Assembly: GCA_003568945.1 (NCBI GenBank)
Contig: BDIP01000057.1
Location: forward strand, 1 to 35,579
Direction of reading: 5' to 3'
DNA from: Kipferlia bialata
Taxonomy: Eukaryota
DNA: 35,579 nucleotides
Of this stretch, positions 20,424 to 32,800 are shown piece by piece. The translations under genes and the position numbers were made by a program. The notes below the pieces were generated by a model. The model was not told the DNA's origin. It searched no databases and worked only from the letters and a program-made list of their open reading frames with translations. How positions within the stretch are numbered: the stretch's first letter is position 1; the number at the start of each line of letters is the position of its first letter.

Positions 20424-23400
20424 CACCTGCCCCCCTTCTCATCCCAGTCCCTGAGAGAGCTAGACATCTCCTTCAACCCCCTGTCCAGTGTCAATGAGTT
20501 GGCCAAGCTCAGGAACCTAGGCAACCTGGGGGCACTCTCAGTCATGGGGTGCCCAGTGGCTGAGGTATAGATCCAGTGAATACTATATATTCATATATAT
20601 ATATATGTTACTATTTACTCACTTCCTCAGGTTGGCCACTACCGCTCCTGCACTGTGTACTTCCTGCCCCAGCTGTCTTCGCTTGACTCTGCCCCTGTCT
20701 CACAGGAGGAGAGGGTGATTGCATCGGACAGGTACTCCAAGTATAGATAGTATAGTATTGTATACTCTCAGCTAGTGATTGGATATATGTCTGTTCACTA
20801 TGACACTACTCCATGTATACTTGAATCTAGTGTTTGATTATATATTGTCACTATGATACTGACCCAGGTTCTCTAGACTGGCGCTAGATGCCGCACTGGC
20901 AGACGCTGACGCTGGTAGAGCCAGGGTATGCATGTGTATCTATGTGGTAATGAAGGGATAAGTATATATATATATACATATATAGTTATATAATCCTCAC
21001 CCCCAGATTGTTGAGCTGCAGGAGGAGATGGGTAGTGTGGTTGATAGGGAGGGTGGGCTGAGGGAGGACCTAGGCCGTGCCCAGGCCGAGATTGCCTCTC
21101 TCAGGCATGATACTGATACTGACACCTATACTGATATTGATGCTGATACTGATACTGATACTGATACTGATACAGACACCTGATAGAGGCAGCCACCAAG
21201 AGAGACGGGGTGCAGAGACAGCTGATACAGGACAGGAACAGCCAGCTGGCAAGGGTACGCGGACGTATATTTATCTCTGAGTATATACTGTATATGTATA
21301 TACTGCATATATATATACTGTATTCCTCCTCACTCACACTTTCTGTTATCACTTTCTGTTCATTGTCACTGACCCCCAGATGAGTGGCCATGCCATACTA
21401 ATATGTGCTATGTATTTGTATGTGATGTTTCCTATGTCTTTCTACACGTCACCCGTCTTTCATTGTACTGACCTCCCAGATGAGTGGCCATGCCATATAT
21501 ATGTGTGCATACTATATGTACCTTCCTGTTCAATGTCACTAATTACTGACCCCCAGATGAGTGGCCATGCCACAGCCCAGATGGACGGAGGGTTCCACTC
21601 TGTATCACTGGCCATGTCTGCCACTCCCCAGGCATCGCAGCAGCCTGTGGATGGAGAGAGGGAGAGAGAGACTGTGCAGGAGGAGAGGCAACCCCTCTCC
21701 CCGTTCTCCACTGCCTCCCTTGACCACTCTCCCCAGACCCAGGGGGGTATAGAGGGTATAGAGGGTATGGGCATCCAGGATACAGACTATGCCGCTGAGG
21801 TGGCCAGGCTGACCCAGGCCCTGAGAGATGCAGAGACCAGGGAGAGACAGGGGGGGGAGAGGACTAGACAGGCGATGAAAAGGGCAGAGTACCTCTCGTA
21901 CCAGGTACTCACTATATCTTCTGCTATACATATATATATGCAGATACATTTATATATATATATATATATACATATTCTCAGTCCCCCCTCACTCCCAGGT
22001 CCAGGAACTGACATCACGCGTTACCGCAGCCGAGGCCAAGAACGGAGCAGAAGGGGATAGGGGAGCTGTGGAGAGAGACTGGGCCCAGAAGTTGGATGTG
22101 GCACATCACAGGGCACAGTCTGCAGAGAGACGGGCTGCAGAGGCAGAGGCGCTGGTTGCTGAGGCAGAGCAGAGAGAGAGAGAGTCGCTGGAGAGAGAGA
22201 GGGAGAGGGAGGGGAGGGACGGGGACATTGGGATGGCGCTCAGAGAGGCAGAGAGGGAGAGAGACTCTGCCGTGAGAGAGAGAGACGAGGCAGAGGCAGA
22301 GAAGGCTGAGTCTGAGGCATCCACGTCTACTGAGTTACACGCCCTCTCTCTCAAGGCAGAGACGGCTGAGAGAGAGAGAGACACCGCCCTGGACTCTCTC
22401 AGGGATGTGAGGGAGCAGGTGGAGGCGGCACAGGCTGAGTGTGACAGACTCAGAGCTGTGCAAGCCACATACTCTCCCCCTGCCGTCCACTACACCCCTT
22501 CCAAGGCTGCCCGTCCCGATCTCTCTGCGTTGGTGTCTGCTGTTCGTGACCTCTCCACCTCCCTAGGTGTCAGGATGGAGAGGGGCACTGCTTCCGCAGA
22601 CACCCAGTCCCTAGTTGACACTCTGTCCCAGTGCACCTCTGAGGCCAGGAGGCAGAGGAGACAGGGGGAGAGAGAGCGGCAGAGACAGGCCAGGTCACCC
22701 TCGAGCACCGACTCTGAGGCATCTGACTGCATCGCTAGGATCAGAGGTGCCCTATTTATGGGAGGACTGGATATGCCTGCTGACTCTGACCCCGCTGAGG
22801 TGGTGGAGCAGATACTGGCCGAGAGAGACACCCTCTCACTCAGACTCAGGACAGCTCAGGCAGAGCTGGATGCACAGGTATCAACTATTGACATACACTC
22901 AAACCCTCTCCCCTATAGTGTATTGTACTTGAGACATAATTGAATGTATTCCTCACCCTTCAGGCTGCCTACATGGCTGACCAGTCAGACTCTGACACAG
23001 ACACAGAGGGAGATGGTCTGGGAGGTAGAGGAGAGAGGGAGAGGGCCCTTGCTGCCCAACTCTCACAGGCTGAGGACAGGTGCACATCCCTCAGTGCAGA
23101 GCTGAAGGAGAGAGAGAGAGCTATGGCAGCCTTGACAGCCAGGCAGACCCAGACACTAGAGGGACACAGGAGTGATCTCCGTGCTGCACGTAGCCAGGCC
23201 ACTGAGGCAAGGGAAGAGGCAGCCACTGCTTCTGCCAGTGTCGCCTCCCTTACTGACCAGTGCTCTGCCCTTCAGACCCAGCTAGATGCAGAGAGAGAGC
23301 GGTGCCACGCTGCCGAGGAGAGCCTCCAGGAGGCCCTCGCTACCCCTTCAGTCACTACTACCACTGAGCCCGGTGAGGTGGATGCTCTGAGAGAGCAGGT

Positions 23401-26400
23401 GGTAGCTCTCCAGGCCGACCTTGAGCAGGCAGAGAGAGATGCTCAGGCTGCACGGGATGAGGCTGCAGCTGCAACGCTCTCTATGTCGACAATGGCATCA
23501 GGTATGGCTACCGATACTCAGCTCCAAGAGCAGCAGAGGCAGCTGGAGGATCTGACTGAGCAGCTCGAGGAGTCTGAGGGTACCCGCAGACACCTGACTG
23601 CCACTCTGAGTGCTGAGAGGGATAGGGAGAGAGAGACAGCACAGAAGCACGCAGAGGAGGTAGCATCACTGACTGCTGAGGTGGACACTCTGAGGGAGGA
23701 GGCGTCTACCCTCAGGGGTCAGCTAGAGGAGGCCCGTACACCTGAGACCCACACCCCGACCCCCCCCCCCTCCCCCCTGTCTGTCACTGTTGACAAGATA
23801 GAGACCATGCTGGGTCAGGCGGGTATGGGGGCAGAGGGGGAGCGCCCATCATCCCCCCAGGCACTGGAGTTCCGGCTCTCTGTGCTGATAGCAGAGAGGG
23901 ACAGGCTGAGGGAGGACCTCCAGACTGCTCTCTCCACCCACACCCAGCCTGCCTTTGGCTTCGTAGAAAGGGTGCAGGGAGGGGAGGGGGACGCTACACC
24001 CACTGCCGCTGAGGCCCTGGCCTTGACTAGCAGGGTGCACCAGCTCGAGGAGTCTGTTGCTACACTGCAGGCAGAGAGAGACGCACTATCCGGCGTGGCC
24101 ACCTCTCTTGTGGCACAGAGAGACGCCTTGCGCCAGGAGAGCCAAACGAGGGTGGAAGCCCTAGAGGCAGAGGCGGACTCTCTGGCGGAGGAGAGGGACA
24201 GACTGCAGTCAGAGACTACTAGGCTGGAGGGGCAGGTGGAGTCTCTTGCTACAGAGAGGGATACCATCTCCAGTGACAGAGACTCACTCTCTTCTGAGAG
24301 AGATAGACTGCTTAGTGAGAGAGATCTACTCGCTGCCAAGGCTGATCGTGCTGATGTCCTAGAGGCTGAGTGCGCCAAGGTATCCGAGGAGAGAGACAGC
24401 CTGTCTCTGGAGAGAGATACCTTGCTCGGTCAGATCACCTCCCTGGAGGCCGAGGGGGAGAGACTCACGGCAGAGTGTGAGACACTGCGTGAAGCGGCCG
24501 CTGAGAGTGATACTGTGGCAGAGGGGGCAGAGGACAGTACCATCCCATCCCTCACGGCCACCGATGCCACTGCTCTCGAGGACATGACTCTGATGAGGGA
24601 CACTGCCCTTGGAGAGAGGGATACTGCTCTTGAAGAGAGAGATGCTGCTGTTGGAGAGAGAGATTCTGCTCTTGAGGAGGTGGACCGACTCAGCCAGGTG
24701 GTGACTGACACCCAGATACAGCTGGACGAGGCATCCGCCAGGGTGTCTACCCTGGAGGGGACCGTTGCCACTCTGGTTGCAGAAGCCGATGGTCGCAGGG
24801 GGGAGCTGGCTGGGTTGGAGGCTCACGTCACAATGGACCAGGAGGCAATGCACGCAGCAGAAGAGAGAGAGAGGGTACTCACTCAGGAGAGAGATGCAGC
24901 ACGTACAGACCTCTCTCAGGCGATGGAGAGAGAGGGAAGGCTGCAGGCTACCGTCGCTGAGAAGGAGGCGAGGATAGCTGAGCTTGCCACCTCCCTCCGT
25001 ATTGTACAGGAGGACAACGACACCATCAACCCTGAGTATGCCATGCTGAGGGAGAGGTACTACGAACAGGCTGATACCCTGGCACAGACTCAGCGGGAGG
25101 CAGCGACAGCTCTTGGGGAGGCCACTGCCAAGAGTGCCTCTCTCACTGAGGAGAGAGATGCCCTGCTCGCGGGTGTCTCTGAGGCCCAGACTGCACTGGC
25201 TGCAGAGAGAGAGCAGCTGGGTAGGGCCCAGGAGAGAGTGGCCTCTCTGCAGGCTAAGGTGGAGCAGGGAGAGGAGGCCCTGTCTACTGCTGAGGCCGAG
25301 GTCAGGGTGCTGAGGGAGAGGGAGAGAGAGCTGCAGGAGGAGAGAGACGCCCTGCAGGTCTCCCTGACCCAGACCCAGGCCAGACTCTCTGAGGTTGAGG
25401 AGGCTCAGACACTCACCTTAGAGGAACTAACACCCTCCCCCTCACCCTTCCAAGTGACAGAGACTGTGCGTGCCACTGCTGAGCTGTGTGGTGCCCTGGG
25501 TGTCGAGGCCCCAGCCGATGGGTCCCTGGAGGGTGTGGCCTCTGCCCTCATGGCATGCACCCACAAGGCATCGAGGGCGGCACCTGCCAGCCCAGACTCT
25601 GATGCACTGGCCAGGATCAGAGGTGCCCTCGCCATAGCTGGCATGGTGTCAGAGGGTGTAGGGGCAGAGCAGGCGGTGGAGCAGATGCTAGTTGAGAGAG
25701 ACGCCCAGGCTCTGAGACTGCGTACCCTGGAGAGGGAGCTTGAGATGCAGCAGACATTCATAGCATCCATCGGTCCTGATCAAGAGGCAGCTAGGGAGAG
25801 AGACGAGGAGGCAGAGGAAGACGCCAGTGTGGTAGAGGAACTACGCGATAACCTGGACGCTGCACTGCAGAGAGAGGAGCGTGCAGAGGCTGAGCTTGAG
25901 GACGCCACCGAGGCTCTCTCTCGGCAGAAGGAGGAAGCGAGAGAGAGGGAGACTGCACTGAGTGAGGAGATTGCCGCTGCCAGGTCACAGATCGAGTCCC
26001 TTCAGACCCAGTTGGACACTGTTAGAGGGGATGCTGTGAGGGCCGCGCTGGAGTCTGGCAGTCAGTCCCCGTCCTCCTCCAGTGATGCGAGTGACCTGGC
26101 GGACAGGGCAGAGACTGCTGAGAGGCAGGTGGCCAGTCTGCTTGTGCAGCTCTCCTCTGCCAGGAACAGTCTGCAGGAGGCACAGGCTAGGAGCACCGGT
26201 CTGACCCAGGAGGTGGAGGCCCTGGAGTTGGTGGCGTCTAGGGTGAGACAGGAGGAGAGTCAGCTGGGGACTGCTCTCGGCCAGTCTGTGAGTGAGAGAG
26301 AGAGTCTCTCAAAAAGGACTGAGTCCCTGTCTATGGAGAGAGACGCCCTTATGGCAGAGAGAGACAGTCTGGCCCTTGAGCTAGTGTCAGCCAAGAGACA

Positions 26401-29400
26401 GACAGACACCCTGCAGAAGAAGCTGGAGTCTCTGTCCACTACCCATGCCACTCTACAGACTCAGCTGGCAGAGAGGGAGAGAGAGATGTCTGCTCAGCTG
26501 GCATATGCCGAGGCCGCTAGGGATAGGGTCACAGCTGAGAGGGACGCCCTCGATGCAGAGAAGGCAGGTGTCCTAGAGCCGGTGCAGGAGATGCAGAGTA
26601 TGATACGCACCCTGACTGCTAGGGTGCAGGAGGCTGACACCCTGAGGTCAGAGAGTGAGGCCAAGGTGACCGAGGCTGAGGAGAGGGAGAGAGAGAGTGA
26701 GGCCAAGGTGGCTGAGCTGGATGCTGAGCGTATCACTCTCCTGGCAACGGTGGCTGATGTTGAGGAGAGAGAGAGAGAGACTGAGGCCAGAGTGGGCCAG
26801 GCTGTCTCTGCCCTAGCAGCTGCAGATGCCCGATCTGCCCACCTGACCCAGGACCTAGCCTCCTGCCGTGCCAGACTATCTGAGGCAGAGGCCAGGGTGG
26901 CTGAGGCAGTGTCTGAGCTAGGTATGGCCACAGAGAGAGAGGGGGCGATGGAGGCCATGATAGAGGAGGAGCAGGGCAACACGGCAGCCGCACTCAAGCG
27001 TGCACAGGCTGCAGAGGCCAAGGTTGGCGCTCTGGAGAGACAGGCCAAGCAGGGCGTGGCCACTGCTTCTGAGGTCGAGACTAGTCTGCGCTCTGAGCTA
27101 TCCAGCATGCAAGGCGCTCTCGAGACAGAGAGAGTGGCCGCTGAGAAGAGTGCTGTTCAGGCTGCGAGGAATCTAGAGGAAGCAGAGAGACAGAGGGTGG
27201 CACTCGAGGAGCGGGTGTCTGGTCTGACTGCCAGGCTGGCCTTTGAGGCTGAGGAGGCAGCCCAGAGGGAGACTGTGAGTGCTGCCACTCTCCGTGCATG
27301 TCGCGAGGAGGTGGCGTCATGCAGGGCCACCCTATCCGAGGTGACTGACCAGCTGCACACTGCTAGGCAGGAACTCTCTGTTGCCAGAGAGTCTGAGGTG
27401 TCTCTGCAGCAGAGACTGACTGCCTCTGAGGAGAAGGTGACTGGTGCGGCGTCTGTGCTGTCTGAGAGTGGAGAGAGACTGGTGGCACTCGACACGCAGT
27501 GCCGCACACTGACAGGGAGACTGGCAGAGGTTGAGGGAGAGAGAGAGAGAGATGCTGCCAGGTCTAGGGAGACCATGAGTGCTCTCCGGAGTGATGTCAC
27601 TTCTCTCAAGGCCACTCTCCACTCTGTGGAGCAGGCCAGAGACACAGCTGTGTCAGAGCTGGCCGAGGCCCAGGGCTACATCGACACGCTACGCGATAGG
27701 GCAGAAGGCGCAGAGACACGCTTTGGCCAGGTTCAGGGACAGCTCTTAGGAGAGGTGAAGAGAGCCTCAGATGCCCAGGTACACACTGGTAGAGTAATTG
27801 TGTATATTGTTTCAGTACTACCTTGCTTGACTGACTCCAGAACCAGGTCCTAGCTGCCAACAAGAGGTGTGCCGCCCTCGAGACCCAGCTGGAGAGTGCC
27901 CAGCAGGCCGTGGCTGCAGCAGGTGCCAGGCACTCTGAGGCTATGTCTGAGGCTATGGAGCAGGTACAGCAGGAGACCACATTCCAAGTGGGCCAGGCCC
28001 AGATGAGGGAGAAGGCGGCCGAGGGAAGGGCCAAGGAGGCCCAGGCCAGGCTGGGCGAGGCTGTCAGCAGGGTCTCGTCCCTGCAGGCCTCTCTAGCTGA
28101 GTCTGGGAGTGCCCTGGATGAGACCAAGGCTGAGTTGGGACGGGCTCAGGCACAGAGACTGGGAATGCAGGAGGAGCAGACACAGTCAGTCAGAGAGGCA
28201 GAGAGAGAGAGGGACACGGCCAGGAGAGAGAGAGACGAGGCGCAGCAGGAGATGGCACGCACTGAGGCTGATCTCACTGCCAAGCTCCAGGCCATGTCTA
28301 TGCGGATCGAGGCAGCAGAGACACTCCGGGACACATCATCTGTAGGTGCAGGCAGGGGCCTCACCATGGGTAACCTTATGGACGGGTCCTCTAGGGTATC
28401 TGACGCAACACTATCTACTGATGAGGTGAGCGAGGTGCTGCGGCTGACGGGAGAGCTCTGCCAGTCGATGGGCGTGGACGTGCCTCCCTCCAGCTCAGTC
28501 GAGACTGGACAGTCGACAGTGGCACAGGGAGACACACAGGGACAAGCAGAGAGAGAGAGACGCCACCTGCAAGAGGTAGCCGAGGCTCTGGTTGCATGCC
28601 GGCGCCGGTCTGACTCCCTCTCCCTCTCTCGGCAGAATGGGATCCCCTTCATCACCAAGGGACCCCTGTCTCCCCTCCCGGGCGGTTCCTCGTCTCCCCC
28701 CAAGCCCCTCTCCCCCCACCAGGCCGAGGCCCTTGCCAGGATATGCGGTGCCCTACACGCTGCTGGGCTGGACAAGGGGATGGATGCTACAGACACCGGG
28801 GTCAGCTCACTTACGGTGGCAGACAGGGTGACTGACGTGCTGACTGACAGATACCACCTGGGGCTGAGGCTGGAGGCAGAGAGGGCGGCACAGGACGCCA
28901 GGCCCCACACCCCTGTGTCATCTGGGAGGGTACATGTCTCACCGTCTCTCTCGCCCAAGGAAGACGGAGAGAGAGGGAGGGAGAGAGAGAGAGAGACTGC
29001 TGGTGAGCACTCTGGATCGTGGCACACACCCCACTCTGGTCGCTATGGTAGAGAGGGGTCCCCAGCCGGACCCAGTCCCGCTGAGGGCCCTAGAATGAGT
29101 GACCGCTACGGTTCCTCTGGGGCTGTGCGTCCCTCCCAGCTTGGCAGTGGTCTAGAGTCCCTCGGTACCCTTCCTAGCTGGGTGAGGCACATGGTTGTTA
29201 GGGTGGACGCCCTTGTGAAGGAGGAGGGGCCTGGTCTGGAGGTAGTAGTGCTGTCCAAGAAGCAGTACCGGAGCCTCAAGGACTCTGCTATTACTCAGCT
29301 CTATGACCAGGCCAGAGAGTTCCACGGGATGGTCACGAGTCCAGACGTAGTCGTTCCCAGTGCTAGGGCCAGCAGGGTCTCCCAGTCATCGGGTAGACTG

Positions 29401-29526
29401 TACGCTGGGTCTAGGAGGCACCTGGGTGACACCCCCTCCTCTGCATCCCTTGGGGCTAGGGCTAGGTCTAGGGGTAGGGCAGGGGACACCAGGCGGCCGT
29501 CAGGTGTATCTCCCTCTCCCACTTAA
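20424..29526 (+). CDS. Gene 3: ~2700 aa protein with N-terminal leucine-rich repeats + LRRcap followed by a very long coiled coil (centriolin/CEP110-like architecture); first exon uncertain
   Basis: Exons: 20424 (or 20448)-20564, 20631-20731, 20868-20925, 21007-21104, 21176-21254, 21557-21904, 21999-22877, 22964-27778, 27841 (or 27847)-29526 (TAA); all phases agree. The N-terminus HLPPFSSQSLRELDISFNPLSSVNELAKLRNLGNLGALSVMGCPVAE|VGHYRSCTVYFLPQLSSLDSAPVSQEER is an SDS22/U2A'-type LRR with LRRcap (YR..V...LPQL..LD...V...ER). The remainder is A/E/R/L-rich heptad sequence. Orthology to centriolin is inferred from architecture only. Confidence 0.88.
21105..21175 (+). other. Non-canonical GC-AG intron composed of (CTGATA)n hexamer repeats
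   Basis: CTCAG|GCATGA…CTGATACAG|ACACCTG. Read-through hits TGA at 21181. Removing these 71 nt gives in-frame ...EIASLR HLIEAATKRDGVQRQLIQDRNSQLAR ending at a GT donor. Confidence 0.8.
21368..21497 (+). repeat. Two acceptor echoes of gene 3 exon 21557 (last clear echoes in the window)
   Basis: CTGACC(T)CCCAG|ATGAGTGGCCATGCCA occurs at ~21369 and ~21467; the true acceptor ends at 21556. Confidence 0.92.
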
Positions 29527-29801
29527 CCCTTCTGTGGCAGAGTAACTCTTTCTACGATGGCCAGTTTTGGCCCAAGTGCTTTCCAACGTGTGTATGTAAC
29601 CTTGTATAGTTGTGTGTTCTTTGTGTGTACTGTTATGTTCGTTGCCGAATAGATCAGGCAATGGTGACTCCAGTGATACCGAATCTATTATTATTATGGG
29701 CCTATGACAAAGACATGATGGCTTCCAATCACACACATCTCCTCTCAGCGTCTACCCCTTCCAATTATCACTGTGAAGTATGTACACCAAACACTTAGAC
29801 T

Positions 29802-32800
29802 TCAGTGCCTCCGTCCCTTGTTCTTCTTCTTCTGGCCTCCCTTCTTGGACTTGCTACTGGAGATGAGACAATAATACTACTAACATGATACTATCATTTT
29901 ACATGGCAAAATGTATCCTACTATATCACGCACCGAGCCTTCTTCGCTGCCTTCTTCTGCTGTGCCTCTTCAGCCTGTCTCTGCACGTCCTCCTCGTGCT
30001 GCCTCAGGGCAACGGCAAAGGGCATGTCTGAGGTCAGGGGAAATGTACTTGTGAAGGTCAAAAGTAATGCAGATGTGATTAACAATACGATAGTCGCTAT
30101 CGAGAAAGGTACGAGTGACCCACCTGGATCTCTGTCGACATAGGGGAACTCGAGGGGCTGGGATGAGAGCAAGCATAGACCTGAAACGCAACTACTATGA
30201 CATTCATGTTATGACACTGAATCTCCCATCCAGTAGACTAAGGGTGTCAGACACTCAATACCTTGTAGTACTCGCAGGTACTTCCCTTCTCTCCCCTTGC
30301 AAGGGCAGGGCGCTGGTGTGAGAAAACAACACTCTATAGATAGCAGAGAAGTATGGTACGTCTGTGAAGACTTGACCGCACCTCAGCCCACGCCTTGGCC
30401 TGCTCTAATCCCATGTGGTCACCCTCAGACAGCATCTGAAATGAGGAGAGATCCAAAGAGAATGATTAGAAAAACACAACACACGCGACCATTCATTTGT
30501 TCGCCGCGTGCATACCTTGCACTTCAGGGCCTCCAGGGCGTGATATCCAGCAGCGTCGGACCTAGGCTCGTCCTCCAGTGCAGTGAACAATGCCATGGTG
30601 TGGCTGGGAATTAGGATGTGTCAACGCTTCACAACATACTCACACCACATGTTTCATCATAATACAGGATCGGGTAACGTACATGTCCGCGACCAGGAAA
30701 GGGCTCTGGATGTCCTCCTCAATGAGGGAGATCAACTGGTATGAGCACACTATGTATATATATGATGTTGCATCCAACATACACTCGTTCCTTAGTCTCA
30801 GTGTCAATATGACAGCAACCTACCTCCTTTAGCTTTGGCAGCTGTCCCGGCTGGTAGTAATTCTTGGACTGTGGTAAGACACAAAACATCAAGAGAGAAG
30901 AGCAGATTACTACTGCTATTCGAACCTCATCATAGAGAGCCTGCATCTTCTTCCTTCTCCTGCGGCTGCGTGCCAGGGCCGGCCCTGTTAGAGAACACAG
31001 CTCACAGTCGCAGCTGCTGAGGGGAAGAGTGGGGTGGAGAATCGGAGATTACATTCAGTAAATGCATGTCTCTGGCCGTCCAACACAGAAATACAATTCC
31101 AAATAGGAATTTCCAATAGTGTACCTAACTCTACGCTGTTCCAGCAATGTATCGAGCTCCTCCTTGCCCATGCTGATGTGAGAAAGAAGTAATATATAAT
31201 ACATATATGCTAATGAGTATTAAATATATATTACCGTGAGCAACGTATAGAGTCTGAAAGCTATACGTAGTAGTGTGGTATATATATATCCGGGTATCAC
31301 CACGTACGTGAAGTTGTGGTCGTCGATGACGTATGCCACAGTCATCTCCTCCCCCTCCTCAATGTCACGCATGGCACGGTACCGCATGTGGTTCTGGAGT
31401 AAACAACTCCAACGACGCGCAACCACCATAACATGTAAGGCCGATGATAATATGAGAGAGTCATACAATGCATATATACGACAGAATACCTTCTTGGAGA
31501 GAGTGTCGAGACCCAACACATTTGGCACGCAGTTGTGACGGAACCTGAGTCAACAAGGTACACTGAAGTAGAATTAGAAGTATCTAAACTAGATTACCAC
31601 TATCTAGTGTCCACACCTGCAACCAAAGAGGTAGACATGCATTCTGTCATCTGCTCCAGTTGTACTATTGCACATGAATATGCTGCTAGCCCTTGCAGCA
31701 GAGCCAACGTCACTGAAGATGAGAGCGCAAGGCGGAGAAACTAAATACGCATTGTTGGTGTACAGACATCTAATCACAGTAATACCAGTATGCGCACCTG
31801 TCTGATGTCTCTCTCAGCTGCCAAAAGGCTGCTCTCTGAGCCGGAGATATTCTCTGCAGCTTATCCAAAAGAAGACTGCCAATACTGAGGTAAGAAGAGA
31901 ACGATACAGACACAAGACTGCCTCCGACTCGGTCACGGGTAGTTGACTAATATTTCAAGTACTTGTGCTATTCATCATGATTACTACTTACTCTCTGACA
32001 TATATGCATTTCATAAACGGGCAATAGGTGTGTGAGAGTTAGCAGTACCTAGCCCCACTGCCTCCGATGAGGTTTGCGTCAAGTTGGGTCAGGGATAGTA
32101 GTGGAGCCTCGTCCAGGATCAGCTCTCCCTGAGGGTCAGATCACACATAGACAACCACACTCAATCTAGATATGCTTACCCTGATGATGTGTCTTGTGGC
32201 CACCACTCCCATGCCCTTTCCCTCTATGGGCACCACTGACATGGGGGAGTAGCAAGGTGGGACAACACGACCGGCAGCAGAAAGGTCTGGTGACTCCCTA
32301 GACGTCAGTGACCTGACAAACCACCATATACACTATACACACTATATATAGCTATGCCCTACGGACTGATAACAAACTCATACACCATATGTAGATATGT
32401 GGGTGAACGTACGCTGGAAGGGAACCCACGCCAAGAGCCATGGCACCAGGGTGGGAGGATGGGCACTATGGATCAGTACCAGAGGTATCAATGTGTATGG
32501 AGAGCATACTGCAGCGCCACCAATACATCATGTTAACAACAACCACTGACTGGCCTTCACTATAGTTCACTATACTCCCACTGCCCACCTTTGCATACTG
32601 TCTGAACCTCTCGAGGCCCTTGTGACCACCCTCTGTGACAAGCTGGGGTGGATGAAAGGGGAGCGTGCAAGTAGACGACTAACTGGATATATACATATTT
32701 ACACACTAGACATGGGTATACATGCTAGCTCTCACCCTGACTCTCACTGTCTCGTCAGCGTACTTCTGAGCTAGCTCTGGCTTCTTACAGAGCAGAGCAA

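Noticed and set aside
1..21560. Echoes as transposon target-site duplications or Introner-type elements
   Set aside because: There are no terminal inverted repeats, transposase or reverse transcriptase, and no shared internal element between introns. The copies are long, multiple and specific to each neighbouring exon.
22106..29522. Long S/L/A-rich minus-strand ORFs, and similar + ORFs at 14564-14915 and 17234-17899
   Set aside because: They are antisense shadows of GA-rich coiled-coil exons.
10906..29526. Alternative genetic code (TAA/TAG = Gln, as in hexamitid diplomonads)
   Set aside because: The long exons contain no in-frame TAA/TAG, and genes 2 and 3 end naturally at TAA.
29921..30172. 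Stand-alone small membrane protein ORF
   Set aside because: It consists of two terminal exons of the SET gene plus an in-frame intron.
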